In this document: piece after piece, positions 20,574-27,642 of the stretch
Numbering within the stretch: the stretch's first letter is position 1
Layout: each line of letters opens with the position of its first letter
Origin: Actinomycetes bacterium
GTDB lineage: Bacteria > Actinomycetota > Actinomycetes > JACCUZ01
Length of the DNA: 27,642 nt
Direction of reading: 5' to 3'
Assembly (NCBI GenBank): GCA_036375795.1
Contig: DASVBQ010000365.1
Location: 1-27,642 of the forward strand
Program-made: the position numbers and the translations under genes
Notes under the pieces: generated by a model
The model's database searches: none
Told to the model about the DNA's origin: nothing
The model's input: the letters and a program-made list of their open reading frames with translations, nothing else

Positions 20574-20826
20574 TACACTCCTCCCAGCGGCCCGCTCCGG
20601 TGGGCCGACTTCGCACGCCCGTCTACCGCCATCGGACTCGTCCACCGGCGGGGGCGCGCTCACCGGTCCGCCCGACCCGCACTGGCGACGGCGGCGAGCG
20701 CACTCACGGGTGTCAGGAGGCGGACGGCCGCCCGGCCGCCCGCCAGGCAACCGATGGGCGCGCCGGCAGCCAGGGGTCCGCAGCAGCGGGCCCCACTTGC
20801 GGCGCGCAGGAAAGGCAGGCACGGCC
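20574..20826 (+). promoter_or_regulatory. rpsB promoter (-10 TACACT) and long structured leader, likely S2/t44-type autoregulatory leader
   Basis: TACACT at 20574-20579; about 240 nt GC-rich leader beginning with hairpin GGCCCGC-TCCG-GTGGGCC. rpsB-tsf operons characteristically carry S2-responsive leaders. Confidence 0.6.
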
Positions 20827-21777
20827 GTGGCCACGAACCAGGTCGTCTCCATGAAGCAGCTGCTCGAGAGCGGCGTGCACTTCGGGCACCAGACCCGCCG
20901 TTGGAACCCGAAGATGAAGCGCTTCATCTTCACCGAGCGCAACGGCATCTACATCATCGACCTGCAGCAGTCGCTGTCCTACATCGACCGCGCCTACGAG
21001 TTCATCAAGGAGACCGTCGCCCACGGCGGCTCGGTGCTCTTCGTCGGCACGAAGAAGCAGGCCCAGGAGACCGTGGCCGAGCAGGCCACCCGGGTCGGCA
21101 TGCCCTATGTGAACCAGCGCTGGCTGGGCGGCATGCTCACCAACTTCCAGACCGTGCACGGGAGGCTGCAGCGGCTCAAGGAGCTCGAGCAGCTCGACTT
21201 CGACGACGTGCCCGGCTCGGGCATGACCAAGAAGGAGCTGCTCGTCCTCCAGCGCGAGAAGGAGAAGCTCGAGCGCACCCTCGGCGGCATCCGGGACATG
21301 GCCCGCGTCCCGAGCGCGGTCTGGATCGTCGACACCAAGAAGGAGCACATCGCCGTCGGCGAGGCCCGCAAGCTGGGCATCCCGGTCGTCGCGATCCTGG
21401 ACACCAACTGCGACCCCGACGACGTCGACTACAAGATCCCCGGCAACGACGACGCCATCCGCTCGGTCACGCTGCTGACCCGCGTCATCGCCGACGCCGT
21501 CGCCGAGGGCCTGATGGCCCGCGTGCGCACGTCCCAGGACGCCGACGAGAAGCCCGAGGGGCAGCTCGCCACCGACGAGCCGCTGGCCGAGTGGGAGCAG
21601 GAGCTCCTGCGCGGCCAGGCCGCGCAGGGCACCCCGGCGCCCGGCCCCGGCGAGGCCGTCGAGGGTGCCGGGGCCGAGGCCGCTGCCACCGAGAGCGCGG
21701 GCACCGACACGGCCGCAGCCGAGAGCGCGGGCACCGACCCGGCCGCAGCTGAGAGCCCCACCGCCGAGCAGTCCTGA
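20827..21777 (+). CDS. rpsB: 30S ribosomal protein S2
   Basis: [63 protein letters not shown] 20827 after AGGAAAGG. Confidence 0.98.
   Translation: MATNQVVSMKQLLESGVHFGHQTRRWNPKMKRFIFTERNGIYIIDLQQSLSYIDRAYEFIKETVAHGGSVLFVGTKKQAQETVAEQATRVGMPYVNQRWLGGMLTNFQTVHGRLQRLKELEQLDFDDVPGSGMTKKELLVLQREKEKLERTLGGIRDMARVPSAVWIVDTKKEHIAVGEARKLGIPVVAILDTNCDPDDVDYKIPGNDDAIRSVTLLTRVIADAVAEGLMARVRTSQDADEKPEGQLATDEPLAEWEQELLRGQAAQGTPAPGPGEAVEGAGAEAAATESAGTDTAAAESAGTDPAAAESPTAEQS
21691..21756 (+). repeat. In-frame 30 bp tandem duplication in the S2 tail (ESAGTDxAAA x2)
   Basis: gagagcgcgggcaccgacacggccgcagcc / gagagcgcgggcaccgacccggccgcagct / gagagc. Confidence 0.9.
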
Positions 21778-21877
21778 CCCCGCCGGTCGCCGGACACGGC
21801 GGCCCGGCACCCACGGAAGCCGTGGCGGCGCCCTCGCGCGCCGCGCGGCCACCGACGAGACACGAAGAGAGCGAGAG

Positions 21878-22708
21878 ATGGCGAACATCACCGCCGCCGA
21901 GGTCAAGAAGCTCCGCGACGCCACCGGCGCGGGCATGATGGCCGCGAAGAAGGCGCTGGAGGAGGCCGACGGCGACTTCGACAAGGCCGTCGAGACCCTG
22001 CGGATCAAGGGCGAGACGAAGGTCAAGGAGCGGGGCGCCGAGCGGACCGCGAGCAACGGCCTGGTCGCCGCCGCCGAGGGCGCGATGATCCAGCTCAACT
22101 GCGAGACCGACTTCGTCGCCAAGAACGAGCAGTTCCAGCAGCTCGCGGCCGACATCGTCGCGCACGCGGCCAAGACCGGCACGGCGGACGTCAGCGCCCT
22201 GCTGGCCGAGGTCCTGGCCGACGGCCGCACGGTCGCCGAGAACATCGACTCGGTCGCCGCCGTGATCGGGGAGAAGCTCGAGCTCACCGGCGCGGTCGTC
22301 CTGGGCGCCGAGGGCCGCCAGGTGGCTTCGTACATGCACAAGCGCTCCTCGGACCTGCCTCCCCAGGTCGGCGTGCTCGTGGAGTTCGAGGGTTCCGACC
22401 TCGACGCGGCGCGGGGCACCGCGATGCAGATCGCGGCCATGCGCCCGCAGTACGTCTCCCGCGACGAGGTCCCCGCCGACGTCGTCGAGAACGAGCGGCG
22501 CATCGCCGAGGCCACCGCCCGCGAGGAGGGCAAGCCCGAGCAGGCCCTCCCGAAGATCGTCGAGGGTCGGGTGAACGGCTTCTTCAAGGACGTTGCGCTG
22601 CTCGAGCAGCCGTCGGTCCAGGACAGCAAGAAGACGGTCAAGGCGCTGCTCGACGAGGCCGGCGTGACCGTGCTCCGTTTCGCCCGGTTCGAGGTCGGCG
22701 GGAGCTGA
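21878..22708 (+). CDS. tsf: Elongation factor Ts
   Basis: [59 protein letters not shown]. Confidence 0.98.
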   Translation: MANITAAEVKKLRDATGAGMMAAKKALEEADGDFDKAVETLRIKGETKVKERGAERTASNGLVAAAEGAMIQLNCETDFVAKNEQFQQLAADIVAHAAKTGTADVSALLAEVLADGRTVAENIDSVAAVIGEKLELTGAVVLGAEGRQVASYMHKRSSDLPPQVGVLVEFEGSDLDAARGTAMQIAAMRPQYVSRDEVPADVVENERRIAEATAREEGKPEQALPKIVEGRVNGFFKDVALLEQPSVQDSKKTVKALLDEAGVTVLRFARFEVGGS

Positions 22709-22781
22709 TCGGACCGGTCTGACCGGCGCTGCTGGCAGACTGCAGGCAGGACCAGACGCCACGAACGAGGAGGCCGCGACC

Positions 22782-23567
22782 GTGCAGGATCTCACCGAGG
22801 GAACCGACGGGCTCGCGGCCTCCTCGTCGCCTGGCAGCCAGACCAGGGAAGGCGACGGCTACCGCCGCGTCGTCCTCAAGCTGTCGGGTGAGGTATTCGG
22901 CGGCGGCCAGGTCGGGGTCGACCCCGACGTCGTCGCCGCGATGGCCCGCCAGATCGCCGACGTGGTCCGGGCCGGCGTGCAGGTGGCGGTCGTGGTCGGC
23001 GGCGGCAACTTCTTCCGGGGCGCCGAGCTCTCTCAGCGCGGCATGGACCGGGCCCGTGCCGACTACATGGGCATGCTCGGCACGGTCATGAACTGTCTCG
23101 CCTTGCAGGACTTCCTGGAGAAGCAGGGCGTCGACACCCGCGTGCAGACCGCCATCGCGATGGGCCAGGTCGCCGAGCCCTACATCCCGCGTCGCGCGAT
23201 CCGTCACCTCGAGAAGGGCCGCGTCGTCATCTTCGGCGCCGGGGCCGGCATGCCGTACTTCTCGACCGACACAGTGGCCGCGCAGCGCTCTCTCGAGATC
23301 GGCGCCCAGGTGTTGCTGATGGGCAAGAAGGGCGTCGACGGCGTCTACGACTCGGACCCCAAGTCCAACGCCGACGCGGTGCGCTTCGACCGGCTGAGCT
23401 ACGACGAGTTCCTCTCGCGCGGGCTGAAGGTGGCCGACGCCACGGCCATCAGCCTCTGCCGCGACAACCGGCTGCCCATCGTCGTGTTCAATCTCACCGG
23501 GGAGGGCAACATCGCCCGCGCCGTGCACGGCGACAAGATCGGCACCCTCATCGGGCCCGACGCCTGA
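22782..23567 (+). CDS. pyrH: Uridylate kinase
   Basis: [62 protein letters not shown]; TGG-CAGACT -10 candidate at 22736-22741. Confidence 0.98.
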   Translation: MQDLTEGTDGLAASSSPGSQTREGDGYRRVVLKLSGEVFGGGQVGVDPDVVAAMARQIADVVRAGVQVAVVVGGGNFFRGAELSQRGMDRARADYMGMLGTVMNCLALQDFLEKQGVDTRVQTAIAMGQVAEPYIPRRAIRHLEKGRVVIFGAGAGMPYFSTDTVAAQRSLEIGAQVLLMGKKGVDGVYDSDPKSNADAVRFDRLSYDEFLSRGLKVADATAISLCRDNRLPIVVFNLTGEGNIARAVHGDKIGTLIGPDA

Positions 23568-23586
23568 CAGTCCTGACCGTCCTGAC
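23563..23586. repeat. 9 bp-period triple repeat of CCTGAC at the pyrH stop
   Basis: cctgacagt cctgaccgt cctgac; the first TGA is the pyrH stop. Confidence 0.75.
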
Positions 23587-23610
23587 CCCGAACCGACCCA
23601 GGAGACACCC

Positions 23611-24168
23611 GTGATCGACGAGACCCTCTTCGAGGCCGAGGAGAAGATGGAGAAGGCCGTCTCCGTGGCCAGGGAGGACTTCGGCTCGATCCGCACCGGC
23701 CGGGCGAACCCGGGCATGTTCTCCAAGATCATGGTCGATTACTACGGCGCGCCGACTCCGGTGAACCAGCTGGCGTCCTTCCACGTCGCCGACGCCAGGA
23801 TGCTGACCCTCACCCCCTTCGACAAGAGCGCGATGAACGCCATCGAGAAGGCCATCCGCGACTCCGATCTCGGCGTCAACCCGACCAACGACGGCGCGAT
23901 CATCCGGGTGGTCTTCCCGCAGCTCACGGAGGAGCGACGCAAGGAGTACATCAAGGTCGCGCACCGCAAGGCGGAGGACGCCAAGGTCTCGATCCGCAAC
24001 ATCCGCCGCCACGCCAAGGACGAGCTCGACCGGCTCGCCAAGGACGGCGAGGCCGGCGAGGACGACGTGATGCGTGCCGAGAAGGAGCTCGAGAAGGTCA
24101 CCCAGAAGTACGTCGCCACCGTCGACGACCTGCTCAAGCACAAGGAGTCCGAGCTCCTCGAGGTCTGA
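23611..24168 (+). CDS. frr: Ribosome recycling factor
   Basis: [56 protein letters not shown]. Confidence 0.98.
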   Translation: MIDETLFEAEEKMEKAVSVAREDFGSIRTGRANPGMFSKIMVDYYGAPTPVNQLASFHVADARMLTLTPFDKSAMNAIEKAIRDSDLGVNPTNDGAIIRVVFPQLTEERRKEYIKVAHRKAEDAKVSIRNIRRHAKDELDRLAKDGEAGEDDVMRAEKELEKVTQKYVATVDDLLKHKESELLEV

Positions 24169-24186
24169 GGTGCGCGGCTTTCACTC

Positions 24187-25089
24187 ATGACGGCAGACCA
24201 GGCGGCGGACGGGCCGGACCGGGAGAACCCCTCTCCGCTCGAGCCGGTCCCGATGGAGCCGGTCCCGCCGCCCGAGCGGCGTACCCGGGCCGGGAGGAAC
24301 CTGCCGGCCGCCGTCGGGGTGGGCTTGGCGCTCGCGGCGCTGATCCTCCTCGCGCTGTACGTGTGGAAGCCGGCGTTCCTGGGCGTCATCGTCGTGGCGA
24401 TCGTCCTGGCGGTGTGGGAGCTGACGAACGCCTTGCGCGGCGGCCAGGTCCGCGTGCCGATCGTCCCGGTTGCCGTCGGTGCCGTGGCCCTCACGTCGTC
24501 CGCGTACGCCGGAGGCAGTGAGCCGCTCCTCGTGGCGCTGACCCTCACCATCCTCGCGACCATGCTGTGGCGACTGCCCGAGAACCCCGCGGGCTACGTC
24601 CGGGACGTGACGGCCGGTGTCTTCGCCACCATGTACGTCCCGTTCCTCGCGTCGTTCGCCGCCCTGCTGCTGCGCGAGGACGACGGCGCCGACCGGGTTG
24701 TGGTCTTCATCGCGCTCACCGTGCTCAGCGACGTCGGGGGCTACGCGTCCGGCGTGCTGTTCGGCAAGCACCCCATGGCGCCGACCATCAGCCCGAAGAA
24801 GTCGTGGGAAGGCGCCGTCGGGTCGGCGCTGTTCTGCGCCGTGGGCGGGGCCGTGCTGCTCCCGGCCATGCTCGGCGGCGCCGCCTGGGAGGGTGTCGTG
24901 ATCGGGCTCGCGGCGATGGTGGCTGCCACGCTGGGCGACCTCGGCGAGTCGATGATCAAGCGCGACCTGGGCATCAAGGACATGGGCAGCCTGCTCCCCG
25001 GTCACGGCGGGATGATGGACCGGCTCGACTCCCTCCTGCTGGCTGCACCGGTGACCTACCTGCTGCTGTCCTGGCTCGTCCCCGCCTGA
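24187..25089 (+). CDS. cdsA: Phosphatidate cytidylyltransferase
   Basis: RAGRNLPAA, multiple TM segments, SDVGGY, ISPKKSWEG, GDLGESMIKR...KDMGSLLPGHGGMMDRLDS. Confidence 0.96.
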   Translation: MTADQAADGPDRENPSPLEPVPMEPVPPPERRTRAGRNLPAAVGVGLALAALILLALYVWKPAFLGVIVVAIVLAVWELTNALRGGQVRVPIVPVAVGAVALTSSAYAGGSEPLLVALTLTILATMLWRLPENPAGYVRDVTAGVFATMYVPFLASFAALLLREDDGADRVVVFIALTVLSDVGGYASGVLFGKHPMAPTISPKKSWEGAVGSALFCAVGGAVLLPAMLGGAAWEGVVIGLAAMVAATLGDLGESMIKRDLGIKDMGSLLPGHGGMMDRLDSLLLAAPVTYLLLSWLVPA

Positions 25090-25104
25090 GAGACTGACGC
25101 CACC

Positions 25105-26217
25105 ATGCCCGCCGCAGGAGAGCTGACCTTCGCCGCGCCCCGTCGCGCGAAGCCGCCGCGGCACCTGGCCGATCTGACACCGGCCGAGCGCCGGGACGCC
25201 GTCACCGAGCTGGGCGAGCGCGCCTTCCGGGCGGGTCAGCTCTCGACGCACTACTTCGGCCACCTGACCGACGACCCGCAGCAGATGTCGGACGTCCCGC
25301 TGGCTGCCCGGACCCGGCTGGCCGCGGCGCTGCTGCCGCCGCTGCTCACACCGGTCCGGCACCTGGACTGCGACGGCGGGATGACCCGCAAGACGGTGTG
25401 GCGGCTCTTCGACGGCGCGACCGTCGAGAGCGTCCTGATGCGCTACCCCGGGCGGGTCACGATGTGCGTGTCGTCGCAGGCAGGCTGCGGCATGAACTGC
25501 CCGTTCTGCGCGACCGGGCAGGCCGGGCTGACCCGCAACATGTCGGCGGGGGAGATCGTCGACCAGGTCGTCGCCGGCGCGCGGATGCTGCGGCGCGGCG
25601 AGGTCGCCGGCGGCCCGGGCCGGGTCTCCAACGTCGTGTTCATGGGGATGGGTGAGCCCCTGGCGAACTACACGGCGGTGCTCGGCGCGGTCCGCCGGCT
25701 CACCGACCCGGCTCCGGACGGCCTCGGTATGTCCCAGCGCAACGTCACCGTGTCGACGGTGGGGCTCGTGCCGGCGATGAACCGGCTGACCAGCGAGGGG
25801 CTGAACGTCACGCTGGCCCTGTCGCTGCACGCCCCCGACGACGAGCTACGCGACGAGCTCGTGCCGGTGAACACCCGCTGGAAGGTCGCCGAGGTGCTCG
25901 ACGCCGCCCGCCGATACTTCGACGCGACGGGACGCCGGGTGAGCATCGAGTACGCCCTGATCCGGGACGTCAACGACCACTCCTGGCGGGCGGACCTGCT
26001 GGGCACCGAGCTCAACCGGCGCGGTCGCGGCTGGGTGCACGTGAACCCCATCCCGCTCAACCCCACGCCCGGCTCCCGATGGACGGCGAGCGACCCGAAG
26101 GTCGAGCGCACCTTCGTCGAGCGGCTGCGCGCCCACAGCATCCCGACCACGGTCCGCGACACCAGGGGGCGGGAGATCGACGGCGCCTGCGGCCAGCTGG
26201 CCGCGGTGACCGGATGA
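25105..26217 (+). CDS. rlmN: Dual-specificity RNA methyltransferase RlmN (radical SAM)
   Basis: [15 protein letters not shown] (CxxxCxxC), [34 protein letters not shown]. Confidence 0.97.
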   Translation: MPAAGELTFAAPRRAKPPRHLADLTPAERRDAVTELGERAFRAGQLSTHYFGHLTDDPQQMSDVPLAARTRLAAALLPPLLTPVRHLDCDGGMTRKTVWRLFDGATVESVLMRYPGRVTMCVSSQAGCGMNCPFCATGQAGLTRNMSAGEIVDQVVAGARMLRRGEVAGGPGRVSNVVFMGMGEPLANYTAVLGAVRRLTDPAPDGLGMSQRNVTVSTVGLVPAMNRLTSEGLNVTLALSLHAPDDELRDELVPVNTRWKVAEVLDAARRYFDATGRRVSIEYALIRDVNDHSWRADLLGTELNRRGRGWVHVNPIPLNPTPGSRWTASDPKVERTFVERLRAHSIPTTVRDTRGREIDGACGQLAAVTG

Positions 26218-26783
26218 GCCACACCCGGTTTCCGCGAGTCGGACGGCTGCGCAAGGGCTACCACCCGCGCCAGGTCGACGTGTTCCTCAACCACGTCGAG
26301 GTCTCGTTCAGCGGGCTCTTCCCGATGCCGACCGCCACCGAGGTGCGACAGGTCGGCTTCGAGATGGTCCGCCACGGCTACGACACGGCCGCCGTCGACA
26401 TCGCCCTGGACGCGCTCGAGGAGCGGGTCCTCGCGGCCCAGAGCCTGTCGGCCGGGCGCCGTGGCCGGCTGGACCCGGCCAGCGAGGCCGAGGTGCTGAA
26501 GGACGAGCTGTCGGCGCCGTACATGAAGCGCTTCCCGCGCACCGGATCGCTGCACCGAGGCTACGACGTGGACGACGTGGACGACTTCGTCGACAGGGTG
26601 CTCGCGGCGCTCTCCGGAGACGGCCGGCTGACGCCCGAGGACGTCCGTAGCGCGCCGTTCCGCCCGCGCCGCGGCGGCTACCGCGAGGACGTCGTCGACG
26701 AGACGCTTGACCGGGTGGTCGAGCACCTGCTGCTGATCCGCCGGCAGGCCACGGGCAGGCCGCCGACACAGCCGACGGCCTGA
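26214..26783 (+). CDS. DivIVA-domain repeat protein (four GYxxxxVD motifs)
   Basis: 189 aa from ATG 26214 (ATGA overlap with the rlmN stop). Motifs [32 protein letters not shown], each preceded by a Phe as in the DivIVA N-terminal domain. Confidence 0.85.
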   Translation: MSHTRFPRVGRLRKGYHPRQVDVFLNHVEVSFSGLFPMPTATEVRQVGFEMVRHGYDTAAVDIALDALEERVLAAQSLSAGRRGRLDPASEAEVLKDELSAPYMKRFPRTGSLHRGYDVDDVDDFVDRVLAALSGDGRLTPEDVRSAPFRPRRGGYREDVVDETLDRVVEHLLLIRRQATGRPPTQPTA

Positions 26784-26842
26784 CCTTGCCTGACCTTGCC
26801 TGGACTTCCCTGACCCTGCCTGACCCTGCCTGACCCTGCCTG
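26779..26842. repeat. 10 bp tandem repeat, 6 copies plus a partial, unit CCTGACC(C/T)TG
   Basis: cctgaccttg cctgaccttg cctggacttc cctgaccctg cctgaccctg cctgaccctg cctg; the first TGA is the stop of the DivIVA-repeat gene. Confidence 0.95.
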
Positions 26843-26868
26843 CCCCGGGTGGCGCTGCACCCCCGTGG

Positions 26869-26914
26869 CGTAGTGCCCTGCGGCATACCTGTGCGGCAGG
26901 GCACGACGCGCGGG
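26869..26914. repeat. REP-like palindromic element, copy 1
   Basis: CGTAGTGCCCTGC-G-GCA-tacctg-TGC-G-GCAGGGCACgACG-cgcggg; 44 of 46 nt identical to 26991-27036. Confidence 0.85.
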
Positions 26915-26990
26915 ACGTGACCGGACGTAGCGCACGGCATCCGCACCGGCCGCCAGGTGACCTACGGGCCGGTCGGGCCCCCCCGGGGGG

Positions 26991-27036
26991 CGTAGTGCCC
27001 TGCGGCAGACCTGTGCGGCAGGGCACTACGCGCGGG
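26991..27036. repeat. REP-like palindromic element, copy 2
   Basis: Perfect 13 bp stem CGTAGTGCCCTGC/GCAGGGCACTACG, then a G-G mismatch, a 3 bp stem and loop GACCTG. Direct repeat of copy 1, offset 122 bp. Confidence 0.85.
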
Positions 27037-27113
27037 GAAGTCAGGACCCGTCCCGGGCTCGATTGTGCTGTGAGTGCTGGCGCGGGACACGCACGCGGGG
27101 TCAGGATGCCGGG

Positions 27114-27642
27114 ATGGGCGACTACCGGACCGCGTTCGCGCAGAGCATCTCCGACCCCTCGACGTTCTGGGCCGACGCCGCCCGGCACATCGACTGGCAG
27201 AAACCACCGACGACCGTCCTCGACGACTCGGCGGCGCCCTTCTACCGGTGGTTCCCCGACGGCACGCTCAACACCTGCGAGAACGCGCTGGACCGCCACG
27301 TCGCCGCGGGCAGCGGCCAGCGGACCGCGCTGGTCTACGACAGCCCCGTGACCGGCACGAAGCGCACCTACACCTACGCCCAGCTGCTCGACGAGACCGC
27401 CACGTTCGCCGGCGCGCTGTCCTCGCTCGGTGTCAGGCACGGAGACCGGGTCGTCGTCTACATGCCGATGGTTCCCGAGGCCGTCGTGGCGATGCTCGCC
27501 TGCGCGCGGCTCGGTGCCGTGCACTCCGTCGTCTTCGGCGGCTTCGCAGCGCACGAGCTTGCGGTGCGCATCGACGACGCGAAGCCGAAGGTCGTCGTCA
27601 CCGCCTCGTGCGGCATCGAGGTGAGCCGGGTCATCGAGTACA
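27114..27642 (+). CDS. Propionyl-CoA / acetyl-CoA synthetase (PrpE/Acs family), N-terminal part; runs off the window
   Basis: Not in the ORF track because it has no stop. MGDYRTAFAQSISDPSTFWADAARHIDW...YRWFPDGTLNTCENALDRHV...YMPMVPEAVVAMLACARLGAVHSVVFGGFAAHELAVRIDD. CAGGAT -10 at 27102-27107, 6 nt before the ATG, suggests a leaderless start. Confidence 0.9.
   Translation, partial: MGDYRTAFAQSISDPSTFWADAARHIDWQKPPTTVLDDSAAPFYRWFPDGTLNTCENALDRHVAAGSGQRTALVYDSPVTGTKRTYTYAQLLDETATFAGALSSLGVRHGDRVVVYMPMVPEAVVAMLACARLGAVHSVVFGGFAAHELAVRIDDAKPKVVVTASCGIEVSRVIEY

Noticed and set aside
26869-27036. Possible mini-CRISPR (two direct repeats with a spacer)
   Set aside because: Only two repeats, 46 nt and almost fully palindromic, with a 76 nt structured spacer and no cas genes or AT-rich leader; fits a REP-like element better.
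25668-27554. 628 aa minus-strand ORF spanning rlmN, the DivIVA-repeat gene, the repeats and the synthetase
   Set aside because: Mosaic of antisense frames of three real genes read through the repeat region; no domain signal.

Overview
A ~73% GC actinobacterial chromosomal segment with no mobile element, CRISPR array, tRNA or rRNA that I can support. Gene order: partial PLP-dependent decarboxylase; amtB-glnK-glnD behind GlnR-type boxes; ffh; amidohydrolase; rpsP-khpA-rimM-trmD-rplS; two signal peptidases I; rnhB-DUF2469; yraN-comM(yifB)-dprA-xerC-whiG; an accessory divergent pair (YkuD-like L,D-transpeptidase and class V/CefD-like PLP enzyme); an M23-family protein; rpsB-tsf-pyrH-frr-cdsA-rlmN; a four-repeat DivIVA-domain protein; and the 5' part of a propionyl/acetyl-CoA synthetase. 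Most genes are conserved housekeeping. The unexplained structure is mainly non-coding: (i) an rplS leader with two hairpins whose loops are complementary, plus a third competing copy of the motif at the end of trmD; (ii) an rpsP leader with two hairpins carrying C-rich loops upstream of a KH-domain gene; (iii) short CCTGA tandem arrays starting at the stop codons of glnD, pyrH and the DivIVA-repeat gene, two of them followed by hairpins sharing a CGCACAGGT apex (a REP-like doublet at 26869-27036 and a single inverted hairpin at 4505-4551). All product calls come from recognised motifs and gene context, not database searches. Start codons were re-chosen by eye from RBS, promoter spacing and overlaps.
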